From contig JAFMPO010000001.1 of the NCBI GenBank assembly GCA_017654855.1, positions 248,001-312,000 on the forward strand: a DNA stretch of 64,000 nt, written 5' to 3'. Positions within the stretch are counted from its first letter, which is position 1; the number at the start of each line of letters is the position of its first letter. The position numbers and the translations under genes are program-made. The notes below the pieces were generated by a model, which saw only the letters and a program-made list of their open reading frames with translations, made no database searches and was not told where the DNA came from. This document shows positions 11,027-25,604 of the stretch, piece after piece. This stretch comes from Podospora anserina. Taxonomy: Eukaryota.

Positions 11027-13285
11027 TATATAAACTCCATGAAGTATGCCCATGTAGGGTGGTACTGGTTATCATGGTACGTATGATCAGATAGATAGAT
11101 GCATTCTGGTTGAAACCCCGGTGGAAGACAGTAGGAACGCTTTTCGGCCAAATTCTGAGGAGATGTAAAGTGATTGGAGAAAGCTATTGGAGTGTAAAGA
11201 GATAATAATTACAAGGAAATACGCATATCCAGCTTCTCTGCCTACGTAATTATTCCAAACATTACCCCTTTATCCCCACAACTATATCCCTTTCCACCAT
11301 TAGCCCTGTTGAAAAATACATCCAATTATCTCCATCCTTTTGGGAACCTCGCAATCTGTGCCAACATAATTCATAGAAAACAAACAAAAGGTGTTAATCC
11401 TCTAACATGCCCCTCATGAATCGGTACCCTCAATTGGGTATCATCATCAGCGTTAACCTCATAATCATCCTCTTCATACACCTCCCGCCAAAAGTCGGCA
11501 CCGCACATTTTTGAGAGAGACGATCCTACTCGGGCAGACAGTTCCACCTGAGCTCAAGGAGATAGTGACGCAACCAATATTGCAACCGTCGTCGTCCACA
11601 TGAAATGCAAGGTGGTGGTGGTGTCATGGACACGCAACCAAGTGTCGACAGGTGAGACACGCCGGTAAGGGCTGCGTAGCAATGGATTCAACAGCCAGGG
11701 TAGGCGTGAGACGGTAGTATCGGGTGCAGCACCCGCCGATAGGTCGGACAGACGACTGGGTCGGTGCTGTTTATGTTGTAGTATCGGCTGTGAGTTTCAA
11801 GCAGTAGGTGGGATCGTGCATATGATACAAGAGGAGTCTGAATCAACACGCTCCCTTTTCGCAAGCATCGCAAAGCGAGACAGAGCTGGCTACGACTGCG
11901 CTACAGCCGTGCTTGAGGTTGTGGTCGCAGAGCTTGTCGGACATTGAGCGAGCGTGGTTGGTGTCTGGTAGATATAATGGTTCAGGACGCGCGAGGGTGT
12001 GATGTACGGTGGTATTGGTGGGCTGACAGACTCGAAGATCGACCAGGTCTTGGTTTGATATAAAACGAAAGTGTGTCGATCCCAACAGAGCGAGCTGAGG
12101 TTCGAGCCGGACTGGCGATGGAGAAATGAAGGAGGGTGGACCTGCGATGATCATCCACCGGCTTTATATTCACCTCTATACCTCGCAGCGAATTACTCAA
12201 CCCACCCTTCTCACAGCCTTCCGCCAACACAAAATCACCCTTCTTCTTCGTCACATCTCATGCACGATTGCAGTCTTTAGTCGGGGGTACTCTGACTTCA
12301 CTTCGCCGTCCAGCTGCGTCAACCTGCACTGTATCGACCTATTCGTCCAACTGCATGACGAGATGGAAGGGATGGGATGTGGAAGGAGTCAGGAAATAGC
12401 GGTCCAAGATAGGTACCCCACCTTGGCTATCCAGACGCAATCTAAACCGCGCGATGATACCACCCCTCCTCGATGCACTCGGCCCTTCCAGGCTTTTCGT
12501 TACCCCCAGCTTGCGCCACAAGTCAAGCGTTGGTTTCTGGCTCGTGTCTCCTAATTCTCGATAGGGCTCGTCCTACTTGCTCGTATTCGCATCATGTTGT
12601 AAGCTCCATGTTCTATGCAGATGATCGGACATTCTGATGTGCTGAGAACTGGGTATTTTGGCATGCGGCCGCCCTCCCGCTTCCTGGTAACGAGAGAATG
12701 TTGTTGTGACTGGTCTGTGATATGATGCATCGCCCATTGCGGCCAATGGCCCGGTTATAGAGTGGACGGCGCATTTCTCTGCCCCCAAGGGTGGGATGAG
12801 GTTCCTTCTATGCAATGTCGGTGGTGATGGAGTTTAGGGTAGGATAGCGCCTCGACAATACCAACCTGGAAGGTACCTAAGCTGTGCGATTCATACCATC
12901 AGGATGCACGTTGTTAATGTCTTTCATCTGGAAAGATCCATGAAAAGAAAGAGACTGTTGTCAGGTATGTCCGGCCGTTCCCGAGCACCCAGGCAACCTT
13001 GGCAGCTGGCTTCCATTGTCATACCTGACACTAAGCGGAGAACTGCCGAGAATTGCTTGGGATGTATGGGTTTCTGCAAGAAATATTAGAGAGATATCAT
13101 GCTCACAGCAGAATCGTGGGGGTCATGCGGGTCCCATATTCCAACAGCAATTGGCCAGAAAAGACCGAAAACAGGGGAATATTCTAATCAATTGGGTAGA
13201 AGCGTTTTGCTTGGGTTGAATCGTGGATCCCTGAGCAAAACCCAAAACCAAATGAAGGCAGAAATAAAAACTGTGAAAAAGGAGA

Positions 13286-13377
13286 CTCGGATACCGGGAG
13301 TCGAACCCGGGGCTGTTGAGAGAACAGACACTTCTGAGAAGTGAGAGTCAACGATGTTACCGCTACACCATACCCGA
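13286..13377 (-). tRNA. tRNA-Glu(CTC) with ~21-nt intron
   Basis: Acceptor stem TCGGGTA/TATCCGA, D-arm TGGTGTAGCGGTAACA, anticodon stem GTTGA-CTCTCA-intron-C-TCAAC, T-loop GGTTCGACTCC, downstream T-run. Confidence 0.95.
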
Positions 13378-14661
13378 CGAGGATGGTCCCGATTGGATTA
13401 CGATAATTGTGGGTGGAACCCAGGCCTATCTATGCCCATGACTCGCAACTTTCACCCACTGCAAGTCCCGCAAGCCAATGGCGCTGACGAACCATCAAAG
13501 AGCAACAACATGTCTGCGAACCTTAAAGGATAGCTCTCAGAGAGACTGGGGAGTCCATGGGACAATCTGACCTCCACCTTGGCACGCATCAGAAATGAGC
13601 GAGAGGGTGTGATTCCTGTGTAGAATGTGATATTACATATGCTACTTAAGACCTTGCTGACCATAGAACAAGATGTGGTTGTCCCGCCCCTCCACTTCTC
13701 GATCCCATCCTGCACAATGCACTGGTGGTGGCGTGTGGCTCTCGACTCTGGTTGGTGTTGCCCCCAAGTATCAACTTCGTGGGTTGAGCGTGGGTGATGG
13801 TTGACTTGAATGCGACTTTGATGGGCATCCCATTGCTCCGAGGAAGCGTGTGGTATTCCCGCTGGCATGTTTTCTTGACTCGAGAAAAAGATTGAGCGCT
13901 ATGACTAGCGGGTGGCAGCCGAGTCGAGCTTATAGCCTGGCGTTGGCATCGGAATTCTTGAGAGTTTACAAGCTCGAATTGCCCTCCCTTCTTCGCGTCC
14001 TTTCTGTATAGTAGAAGACAAAGGTGCGTCTTTGACTGATTCCGGAGGTTGTGCGTCGAAAGATGCCAGGTAAACCAAAGCTATAGCCCATAAGCCGAGA
14101 AACAAGAAAAGAGGAGCGGCGCGGGTTATGAACAAAGTCAGGCGTTGAGACCGAGTTAAATCTATCGTACGTGCGAAGTTGACCGCTTCTGACGAAAGAT
14201 ATCTGGCAGGGGCATTCATGGTCGTGGTGACGGGCAAAAGGTGCTGGTGTTGTGCCAAAAATGAGGGTTCTCTTCCAATGACGGCAAGGTGCAGGGCTCA
14301 ATAATAGAATTTGGTCGAAGCCGCAGCATATTTAAGAACTCTTACTTGGGACGGGGTCGGCTCAACAGCTGACAGCCATCAGAGAGATTAGCTTCATGTT
14401 GTGGTCAAGAAGTGGCTCCTGAACCACCGGAATCTACAACGGTAGGCAGCTTCCACTGCGAAATTTGCACACTGGAGACCGATTGGCTCTGAAGCTAACG
14501 ACTCGTGAACGAATTTGTCTGAGAAATGCCGCAGGGACAACGAATAACATCCCATGCGTCTGGTTCTGCTCCAAGGTTCCCTTCTCACTGCCCCTGAACC
14601 GGTTTTCGCTATCCCTGGTTATCAGACTCGCCTTCGACGCAGTAAGCCACCATCATTGCCG

Positions 14662-15938
14662 CTAAAGAGCTGGTGACGCTGTTGGTGCAGCATACGCCAG
14701 TGACCAAGAAGCCGTGTATCGCGATGTGGCGACGGGAACCGGCGAGCCGGCTTGGTCATAAGTCGCCGTCGTAACTACGGATTGTTGGATCCTATCTCCT
14801 TGATCAGAACCATCCCAAACCATGATAAGAGTGCAACTAGTACTCACCAACTGCTCCAACGTGTTGCAGTTGTTGGTCCGGTGACTGGACCCAGTGCGAC
14901 TTGAGTAGTCTCAGGCCACGCACCCGACCAGACGGTAGGCCCTAATTAAAAAATGGTCAGCACCTGACAGTGAAAGCTGGAACTGTAGATATTGACTGAC
15001 CTGGGATTTTATAGGTGCTAGCATCGGTGCACGGGGCGAGGGGGGCGCGTTCAGTCGAGCAATAAATCTGAACCGAGCGTCAGTGAGTTCATGTGTTCAG
15101 AATTACTTTGAAACATACGTTGTAATGAACTCCTGGATCATCGTATTTGTAGGCTCCTGGGAAGGAGACTCCTTCCGGGAGCTCCACGGTGCCATCACCA
15201 ACCACTTCGATTTGGACGCAGTTTGGATAGAACTGAGCACCACGCCGCGAGTTCTGGTCAAACCGAGCGTCCGCCTCATGGAGACCAACCATCTCAGCAC
15301 GAATCAGATAGCTGCCAAAGTCAGCATCGGCTTGCATCACTGCTATGAGGCCAAGACTCACAAACCAGCCTTCAAGTTTGCCGGAATACGGAAGTTCATG
15401 AGTCCATTGTTGGCCTTGATGTCCCATGTCGTTGCCCACTTTCCTGGGGAGAAAGGTGTGGGCCCAAGCTCATACAGTCCCTTCTCCCAAATCTTGACAA
15501 AAGAGTTCTCGGTTGGCGGATCAGGTGTGAGATAGACAAGCGCAGGGCCATGGTGACTGAAGTCAATCACGTCGTCCGCAATCGTGCGATTGTTGTGATG
15601 CCAATCGAGGGTGATGTTGTCTCCTGGGGCCACCTTGATAGTGTGAGGGACTTGGTTGTCTCCCAAAACATTGCAGCGCATGTCGATGGAGTTCAGGTCC
15701 TTGACTGGGGAATTGGAGTACCCCCTCGGAGGAGGACCGTTATATGCTGGTGTGCGAATGCCGTTGAAGGTCCCCTGGTCCACACCATTGACGAACACAC
15801 CCTGCATTGGTTAGTCTCCTGGTTATGTCGAGTGCGAAGGGGCGGGGGCCATACCCAGATGAACACATGAGCCTGAGCCACGCCCACATTGCTCACTGCC
15901 ACTGCAGCCGCGAGAACGGCTTGAGACTTGAACTTCAT
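14662..15938 (-). CDS. AA9 lytic polysaccharide monooxygenase with C-terminal extension (5 introns)
   Basis: Signal peptide then N-terminal His (AQA/HVFIW), NSPVKDL..MRCN, SHHGP, YLIRAEMVGLHEAD, GAQFYPNCVQ, YKIPGP. Confidence 0.92.
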
Positions 15939-17018
15939 GATTCAGAGTTGCAGCTAGGACCTTGATACTCAACAAGATACCCCGATGGATCCAAACAAGA
16001 AAGCAGCGCCCTCGTCATTTACATATACACGGCATCAACACAGCCAGGGAGACCCCCTTCACGCAACGGGTGCAGCATCTTCCGTCGCTTTACGCCGAGA
16101 GCTTCTTAATATCGAGCGGGCCGTGGTAGCCGAGGGTGTTTAGCCGGATGGTCAACCTCAAGCTTCTCACAAAGTATGCTGGCCAGCAACAACCCGATAA
16201 GCTCCCAGCTCATCATTTCAACAGCAGGTAGATGTCGAGGGCCAGTGGGGCCATATTGGGTGTCGTGGTAGGTGTGAGGTCCTCAGATATCAGAATGTAT
16301 CTTGGAGGGGTATACTTGACTTCAACAAAGGCCTCAGACCGATATGTCCCAGGAAGCTTATCTCTCAACCAAGGCCAGCTACCCATCACGGTAGGAGCAA
16401 TCCTATGAAGCGGAACGAGATGGGACCGAAAGAGCGGTGCGTGCCGCGGCTGGCAAATCGTTGTGACGAGAGGTATTCGTAACTGAGTCCGTATGGCCCA
16501 CCGGGCTTTAAGACACCGAATGTAAAGTCAAGAACCCGTTTGCATGGCCAAACAGTGAAATACCGGGTGGGGCTTACGCGCTTCGACTGACATGGGGTGT
16601 GGGGTGTTGGAAACAGTCGGCATCGGCTCCGACACCGTCAACCTGAAGAGGAAACGGGGTTGTCCAAGCGGCCCGTTCTACGGGAGCACCCCGCCCATGG
16701 AAGAGCTGTTGAATCCCAGGTGCGGGGGAATTTGCACACCGAGCTTCGGCCACTAACGGCACCGAGTGCGTGATGCTTAGCAAGCTCCATTTGTCACCCG
16801 GATGGTGTTCTCGATAGCGCCATATGACGAAATCCGTTCCCTTTTGTCAGCAACCAGGACCTTTGCGCCAATTCGAATGACTTCAAAAAGTGGTTTGGGC
16901 GCCTTGAACCAAGAATCGGCAAAATCACCAACGTCTCCACCTCTCAAACCCTACTTTGACGACGAGCCCCTGATACCGGCAGCCAGCAGCAAGACAACAA
17001 CCACAGAATATATACAAA

Positions 17019-17782
17019 ATGGGTTCTACCGACGCCAAGCTCATCCTGTACACCAACCACAGATGCCCATGGGCACACCGGGCTCACATCATCTTGGAGG
17101 AGCTCAAGGTTCCCTTTGAAGAAGTCATCATCGACCTTGACACCCCTCGCACACCGGAGTACTTGAAGATCAACCCGAGAGGCCTGGTCCCTGCACTCTC
17201 TTACAACGGCGAGATCATCATCGAGTCTGCCATTGTCGCGAACTTCCTGGCGGACGCCTACCCATCTCATCTCCTGCCGCCCTCCAACACACCCGAGGGT
17301 GCGCTGCGCCGTGCACGTGTTGCATTATTTGTAGACGCCTTCATCTCCAAGTTCAACAGCCAGCTGTTTGCCCTCTACACAGCAGAGGGCGAAGCTGCGA
17401 GAGCCGAGATCGCAGACAAGGCCGTCGCCGCCCTTGTGAAGGAAGTTGAGCCGTTGCTTGCAGACGCCAGCCCTTATTTCGGTGGCAGTGACAAGCTCAC
17501 ACAGGCTGAGGTGAGTTCGGCGTTTTGGCGAGTAGAGGAAGTCCACTAACAGCTCTCCAGGTTTTGACTGGGTCATTCGTCATCCGTCACAAGAGCTTGT
17601 CCAAGACGGATCTCTACCCCTCCAACCTGTGGCCATCGATTGTCGAGAAGGCTCCCAACTTTGCCAAATGGGCCGAAGTTGTCGCTGTACACCCGAGCGT
17701 GACTTCCATCTTTAAGGAGCAAGAGATCATTGACGGGACCCGGGCCAGGATTGCGAAGCTCAAGGCTCAGAAGCAACAGTAA
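17019..17782 (+). CDS. Glutathione S-transferase (Cys-type, CPWAHR)
   Basis: CPWAHR, INPRGLVPAL, ESAIV, YFGGSDKLT; intron ~17511-17560. Confidence 0.9.
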
Positions 17783-18336
17783 GGAGCTTGAGCTCTCGGT
17801 GTTTTGGAGAGGCGGGGCCGGTGGGGTTGAGCAGCATGTGAAGTCATCCAGACAATGGCAGCTATGAATTGTGAAATAAACAAGCAGTCGCTCTGCTGTT
17901 GCTTATGTCTGTAAAGAAAATGCTGTTCCCGTGACGCTTCATGTCTCAACGAACAAAGACACGCGAAAGACGCGTTCACGAGTTGGAATTCATATTCCCC
18001 TGTACCTGAATCCCTGCTGCTTGGCAGATCCCCCGGATTCAAGATTGCGTCAGGAGCTCGGACCACCACAGGCCGGCCCCAGCACCCAGCACCCAGGGCA
18101 GTTTGCAGCGGCAGCCGAGGCATGGACTCTCCTCTGGCACTGCCCTGAACGCCAACGCCAAAGCCAATTCATTCAAACGCTCAACATTCCATCACTCTGG
18201 CAAACTTGCGAAAGCCCTCGATCGAGATACTCCGTACCCTTGATATAGCGATCCCGACTGCGACCGACGCCGTTTTTCGTCAGTCTCGCTGCTCTCGTTT
18301 TCGCACATGCCGCGCCTTTTGTAATCGCCGAATGCG

Positions 18337-19598
18337 ATGTCCAAGCCATCCGACAAACAGGACCTGGCCGCTGCGCCAGGGAGCTCCGGCGTGAAGCGCG
18401 CCTTTTCGCTCCCACCCCAATGGCTCCATATGTATGATGACTTTATCACCAAGAACTCCCACCAGGTGTCGCAGATAGAGTCGACGTTGCGATCACTGAC
18501 GTACATCATACCTGGTAATTGCTCCCCCTGTTTCTTCGAACCCGGGCATCCTGGCGACCGCAGAAACTGATCGTAAACTGTTATCTAGGTCGTTTTCGCG
18601 ATGCCGAGATAGCCTCCGAGTCCATTCACAGCGGTGTTCAATTGCTTTCCTTGTATCATGATACCCTTCTCTCCCGAGCGGCCACCCTCTCGAAGCTCCC
18701 CCTTTCTTCCCTCCCCCGCGCCCCCTCGCCGCAAAGCCGTTACACAAAGTTCTGGACCCTCAAGAGCGCCTTCTACCGGCGCGTCGCCTACGTGCTGCAG
18801 ATTGTCAACTACGTCCAGCTTCTTTGCGAAATGTCCGCCAAGCGCCGCGGCGAGCGCGTGCGCTGGAATGTCGTGGTTCTCCTTGAGGCCATCAAAGCAT
18901 TCTGCAAACTTTTACTACTTCGGATAACCAAGTCGCGGCCGCTTTTGACGCCGGTCTTGCCCGAACGAGAACCGATACCTGACGAGGCACCCGAAGACCC
19001 GGAGGAGGCCGAGCTCCGCGCGCTCGGGGAAGACGATGAGGATAGGAAACCATTCGGCAAGGGGTCTGTTGGTGCGCCCCAGAGGAAGGGCGTTGGCCCC
19101 AACGGGGAGTGGACCATGCCCCGCACCGGCATGTCTCTTCCTACGCTTCCCGCGCCTGGGGATACGAGTGGGTATCTTCTTTCAAGGGTGCTCACGGCGG
19201 ATGACATCAAGCCGGCGTCAAACCTGCTCAACAGACTCCAGGGTAGCGCGCAGTTGGCTGAGGTGCTACACATCCTGGCACCTCTTGTCTTTGCCATCGC
19301 GCTGGCGCGCAGCAAGGACAAGCGGAAGTCCTGGACACCTTGGCTGTTGGGTGTGGGAACTGAGCTCGCGGCCAGGCAACTGCGGGACAGGGGCTTGCAG
19401 ACGACGCCGCTGGAGCGCGAGGAATGGAGCCGTCGCGGTTGGGCGATGGGCTGGTGGGCTATGCGCGGGGCCTTTTACGAGAACGTCACAAAGGGGGTTG
19501 TGGGTGGCGTACGAAGCCGCATGCCAGGGTTGCTGGCTGGTATCATTGAAGACTACGAATACCTGTGGGAGAACTACTACTTTAGCACCAGCGCGTAA
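18337..19598 (+). CDS. PEX16: Peroxin PEX16
   Basis: YDDFITKN..VSQIESTLRSLTYIIPG/RFRDAEIASE, WWAMRGAFYENVTK, IIEDYEYLW; one intron. Confidence 0.92.
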
Positions 19599-20005
19599 TG
19601 GAGGGGGTTTGCCAAGGCATGGTTATGGGCCGAGGTTTAATAACGAGCGTGGAGGATTTGGTTGTACATATTCTTTAGCACTTTTTTCTAGTTGTATTAC
19701 CGTCTTGGAAGTGTACGAATGTAACGACGTTGCTTTATCGAGGCTGTTTGGGGTTCTGGGCGTGAGGATTGGGAAGATCGTCGGCGATAAGACAATCCAA
19801 GAGGTCCGGCTAATGTGCCCCTGAGCCGTACCAAACAATGCCGGCACTGCCAAAATGCAGTACCCTTGGCAACGGCAAGGACATGATCAAGACACGACAC
19901 GGTAGTTCTTCATACTTGGAGGTTACTTATCATGTCTCTTCAGACTTTCACGTCATCAAGAAGGCGCCGCTGGCTTTATCTCAGTCGCCGGCCACATCTT
20001 ACAAC

Positions 20006-21498
20006 ATGTTCCCACTCATATCTGCCCTTGCCGTCCTCCTCGGCAGTCAAAGAGCCCTGGCAGCCTCAGATCCCATTCCACCAACAGCCAGCTCATGCCC
20101 AAACAACAGCCACCTCAGCCCTCTCACCCACAAACGGTCTTGCCCACGGCTTGTTGATGACGAGACGGCCATCCTGACCAACAGCTGGTACCCCTGGTCC
20201 ATTCCCCCAACCTGTTTCGACCCCACAAAACAAAAGGGCAAACGCCCCAGAGTCAAGCTATCGAAACTATGCACCTTCACCACCCTCAACACATGGGCCG
20301 GCACCCCCCTGAGTATCATCACCACCCCAGAAACGGCCGCTGATGTCGCCTCGTTCATTCATTCGCCATATCTCTCCTGGCTGGAGAACGACCGGGGTGG
20401 TGTCCCCTTCAGGCCTACCCACTACCCCAAGAACCCTTTCAAAGTGGAGAAGCTACCCAACAGAGGCTATGGTGTTCTTGCCACGGAGCCCATCAAAAAA
20501 GGGACAGTCTTGATGGCGCAGCTGCCGGTTATGCTGCAGTTGTTGGAGAGCGCTGAGCAAAATGACAAGTGGGAGACGAGGGACGTGTTAAGACTTTTGC
20601 AGAGGGCGGGGAATCAACTTCCCAAGGAGCAGCAAAGGGAGGTGATGGGGCTGGCGGCGCAGGGAAAGGGGTATATCGTTGATGACATCATGAAGACGAA
20701 CACGTTCGATGTGACGGTGGGGGTGTTGGAGGGTTCGACGGGGCAGATGGGGTGGGGGAGTCATTCCGGGTTGTATCCTGAGATTGCGGTCGGTTTCCTC
20801 TTTTTGTGACGGGTGAGGATGGGGTGGTTGTGCTGACAATGTGGGTGGCAGAGGATTAATCATGCTTGCAAGCCGAAGTGAGTGTTGTCTAGTGGGCTCT
20901 CGAAAAGATGGATGACTAACCTGACCAGCTGCTTCACACGTTTCTCTCCTTCCACCCTGATCATGGAGATCGTAGCCTACAAGGACATTTCTCCTGGCGA
21001 GGAGCTTTCCATCTCTTGTCTGCCCACCACTCATACCCCCTTCCCAACCACCGCCTGTACTAACAGCAGCCAGACGCCCCCCTAAACATCCTCTCGGCCG
21101 ACCGCTCCGAACTTCTCAAATGGTGGGGCTTCACCTGCACCTGTGCCCTCTGCCAGAACCCCACCGCCATCAAAAAGTCGGACAAGCAACGTAACCGGAT
21201 CCAGGCGCTACTGGAAGAGTTCGACACCCCGTCCAGACTGACAGAGGAAAAGATCGCCGAGATCGAACAACTGGTAAGAGAGGAAGGGATGGAAGGGCAA
21301 ATGGGCGACTTGTACAATATTATCGGGAATGTCTATGCTCAAAGGGGGGAAATTGAGAGGGCAAAGGAGTACGGGAAGAAGGGTGTTGTATGGCTGAAGC
21401 AGTATGCCGGGGCGGATAGTGAGAGGACCGAGATGGCGAAGGGGTTTGTGAAGAGGTTGGAGGACTTTGAGAGGGGGAGGAGGGATTGGAGGCCTTAA
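20006..21498 (+). CDS. SET-domain protein with predicted signal peptide
   Basis: MFPLISALAVLLGSQRALA; RGYGVLATEPIKKG; RINHACKPN across introns; GEELSISY; WGFTCTCALC post-SET; TPR-like tail. Confidence 0.85.
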
Positions 21499-22359
21499 TG
21501 ATAGGTAGGCATGTTGTGGACAGAATAAATGGCACCCTAAGTAGAAGAAGTTAGCGCGGGATAAAATGCTGGTTACACCTACGTAAAAAGAGGATCGAAA
21601 CTCTTTGAAGGCACTTGTAGCCCTATTATCTTTGAAATAGACCTACCTATGTTAGCCAGCTACCTAAGAGGGCTACTTACCACCAAATAAAATAAACAGG
21701 CCAGCCTTACACGTTTTCTTGGCTTGCATTCCCAGTTGTTTCATCCAGCGCTTGGTGACTGGATGCTTGTGCTCTGCGACTCGAGTCCATTATCTTCTCG
21801 ACTGCCCTGGAAAAGACCTTGGAAGCTGAAAGAGAACCCCGTTGCGGTAATATCGTGAAATTCCAGTGCACAAAGTACGGCACCCAAATTGCACTATTGT
21901 TGTCCTTGGACAACAAAAATAATAGAACAAAACCGCAGTACGTGTACCCTAAACGATGGCCGGAAGATATTCAAGGATAAGATACCTAGTCAATAAGCCT
22001 TACAGGTTATTAAGAAGATTATAAACGCTCTGCTCACTCAGCTTACCTAACGCCCATTTCCCCACAAGAAACGCACCAGAAGGACTCCCCAAGGAAAAGA
22101 AGGACGACGTCGAGGAGAAGCCAGAGGGGCGAAAGGAAAAGGTCCTGAAAGTGGGAAACATCGAAGAAAAAACATGTTTTGCAATCTTCCCAATCTCGTC
22201 CATCTAACATTCCTCATCATTAAATTGCATTCTATCACATACACCAATAGGGTTCTCCTACTCGTTATCAAGCGTAACTTTCGCAGGTTTGATGGCAATT
22301 CATCCCCGTATATTTACTCCCTTCGATCTCCCCAAGAACTCTCCGTTAGAAGGAATTGG

Positions 22360-22640
22360 GCTATCTTGTAAGACGTGTTGACCAAGGTGTATGTTAAGGC
22401 CTAGTATGTGAGGTGTTCTTTAAGGCCTGGGAATTTGTCTAGTGAAAGGACATTGAGCAACTTGTCAAGGTCATATTATGTTTTCGTATCTATTGACTAT
22501 TTTTTTAAAGCGTATTAATTATGTTTCGTGGCCTGTGGGCTATCTTTTAAGGCAATGATCATTATCTTGTAATGCCAGTTAACTATCTTTCAAGGCCCAT
22601 TGACTATTTTTAGAACGTACTGGCCATCTCTTCGGGCCTT
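22360..22640 (+). repeat. Degenerate 21-bp minisatellite array A
   Basis: Units resembling TTGACTATCTTNNAAGGCCTG, e.g. ttaactatctttcaaggccca. Confidence 0.75.
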
Positions 22641-22715
22641 TCAGGAGATAAAGAGGTGCATCTTCTTTTCACACAGTATTCTATTAGTTAGATAGGCGGC
22701 CAGTGCTGTAGGGCT

Positions 22716-25162
22716 TCACCTCTCATGAAAGAAAGTTCCAGCATCATCAAACCCAGCCCCAAACATATCAGGTCCAACCCCCATCGTCAGCTCTGAGCTG
22801 AAAAGGCCCGAATCCATCAGCTGCGCCACCCAGGCACCCGATGGCGAAAGGTTTACCAAGTCAGAAGTCCCAGATTGCCCCGTGCTATCAACCGCTTTCA
22901 GCATCTGGGAAAGCGCATCTCGGCAACGAGCGATAGTCTCATTTCCTCCGTCTAAGCCGTGCAATGTCTCGAGTGCGGTATCCATCATCTTTCTCAACTC
23001 TGCAGTGGATATTGCTGAGAGGATGGTGCTGTTCGGTAATGGCATCCTCTTGATGGAGATAACACCCAAGAGAGCCAAAGAGGCGTTGAAGGCTGAAAGG
23101 CACGTCAGTATAACGCCAAAGGTAGAAGCAACGGACCGGCCAGACATACTGTAATAGCAAGAGAACCACCAGGCCCCGAGGAGATTCTGATTCGTGGTTT
23201 CGGATGCCTTGAGGAGCTCTTTGCTGATGTGGAGCACATCTCCTGCTGTCTTGACCAGATCAGAAAGAATTGTTGCTCCACAGCTGTGAAGCCACCGGGA
23301 AGTGTGCTCGTGTGAAGATGACTCCGAGCCTGTTGTATCAAGGAACAGGTTGATGACGGGTCTCATCGCTAGTATACGTATCCCGAGGTAACGGAGAGAG
23401 AGAAGAACCCTGAGACGCGTGCTCTCCAACATCAGTGGAGCAACAGCGTCGATTGTATCGTGACAGGTCATTATCTTGAGGTTGGAAGGGAGCGTATCTT
23501 GCCATTGAGCCAATCCAAAGCAAACTTTTGTCGTTTGCTCAAGAATTTGGCTTGGTTCTGGATTCGGGTTTGAGCCAAGATTATTGTCGTAAAGGCGCTC
23601 AAGGATGTCACCCATCAGATGTGTTACTGACCTGGCTCTAATGTTAACAGACAAGTACTAAAGCTGAAGGAAGGAAAGGTCTCGCATTAAAGAGTCAATA
23701 TATGCTATACTTGATCTTGTCACACTGCTGGAGACGTTGCTGAATGCAATTCGGGCTCCCGGTTTGGGATTGACATGCGCCAGTGGTATGAGCGGCGGCC
23801 GGCCATATGTAACGCTCAGCCAACTGCCACGATGTTAGCTCACTGACAAAAAAAGACTTACATTGCCTGAGCCACGTACCGGTCATTCATGACACACCAA
23901 TACCATTGCCTTCTTCGAATCTCAGCGTCCAACGGAGAAAGACTGTGACATCCTGTGACGTGGAGTCCCAGTTGATACGAGCCCTTGACGGACAGGCTGT
24001 GGAATGTCCATGCAAGAGAGGAGTAACTGGTGCCTTCGAGATAGATCACCATCAACAGAAACAATTGGACTACGCAAAACGTGTGTAAGTAGGCTCGCCG
24101 CGTTGAAGATACGGGCGAAAGAAACCGTACCTAATTCCAGAGAGGGATTACCCAGCATGTATGGTTTTACCAACTCTAGTGCTCGCTGAAAGCACATGTC
24201 TGACAGTGCAGCTCGGTCTTGGGGTGGTGATCTGACACCGACCACATTGGAAGCTAGTGCGAAAACCATGTTGATAATCCCAAGCCAGGGTTTTGACAGC
24301 TTTTCTGGGCTCTCTGATTTGGCAATGAACCACATCGAACGAAATCTGTCTTCGTGAATACACGGCAGCATTAGATTGACGGTGTTGAAGTAGAGATGTA
24401 GGAGATGCTCAGACTGTTCCAGAGCTGGGAGGACATAGACATCCACAGCCCTCTTCTGCAAAGTGTTATTTCCTCTCATGATCGGCCGACTTGATACAAA
24501 TGTGCCTGAACGGGTTCGCCTAGCTTGGTGGCCCGAGGAACTGTCCCGAAAGCTGGTGGCCCCTCCTAGCGCACGCATGATGAAGCGGAGAAACGCAACA
24601 TTTGAAGACGGTCCTGGTAGGAAATGCTCAATCACCATGGCCGAGAACAGGACCTTTTATGGTTATTCTTACCAATGTACTCCTGTTCCGCTGAATCTTC
24701 CCGAAGTGACACAGCCCCCATTCCGTCCACAACGTCACCCTCATCTTCAATAAGACTCGTCCCCGGTGTGCTCGCATCGCATTGAAGACTTCGATCGTCC
24801 AGCCTACTCGCGGAGGGTGATGTCGCCTGAAATGTTTCGTTCTGTCTGCCCTTCTCCTGCAGTGCAGCAAGCTGTTGCTCCAATACACGGAGCCTCTCTT
24901 CTAGCTGGCTGACGTCTTTGTCCTGAGCGGGCTTGTAAGAAGGGTCGTCGTACTCGCAGACCAACCCCACATCACTACAGGTGGAGCAAGGAAGGCGACC
25001 GTCGCATCTAGACTTGCGAGTTCTGCATGTCTTGCAGGCAACTGAGATTCTGGTGCGTTTTCGTGTTTTGGGCTGGGCTGACTGTTCTGCTTCATCCGTG
25101 ACATTGAGATTACTGACTGGGGTAGTGAACCACGGTGGCTGCGTGAGGCCATTGTTGGCCAT
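22716..25162 (-). CDS. Zn(II)2Cys6 transcription factor with fungal-specific TF domain
   Basis: ACKTCRTRKSRCDGRLPCSTCSDVGLVC; YFNTVNLMLPCIH; QLGLH..EIRRRQWYWCVMNDR; multiple introns. Confidence 0.92.
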
Positions 25163-25604
25163 GATGCTGTGGGCGACGAGGTGAGGAAAGGTTCTTGATC
25201 CAATCAGAAGGACAGGATCAAAATGAGTAATGAGAAAGAGGAGATGTAAACAAGCTTTCCCCGTGGGGTTTGATGTTGCGGGGTACTTTGACTGCAAGCT
25301 CCATCGGCTCAACAGAAGGCATCCCTGCTCCACTGGTTTTCTCTCCAACCATGATCTCTAGTCGTTGTTTCTCTAACAGACCTATCTAAGATAACTTCGA
25401 AAGATCAATGTCCCAACTCGAGCAAGCCCATGCTCTAGACATGCGTCGATGTGGCAGTCTTGCTGCCTTCTGGATCTCGAGGTCAGGGGTAAAAGTGGGG
25501 CATTCAGGGGTAATGTTTTCCGAGCCACACTGCACCTCCATCCAGCCCAGCACATCTCAGACAGAGTAGCTGGTACAAATGAGCATATAACATAGCTCAG
25601 GATG

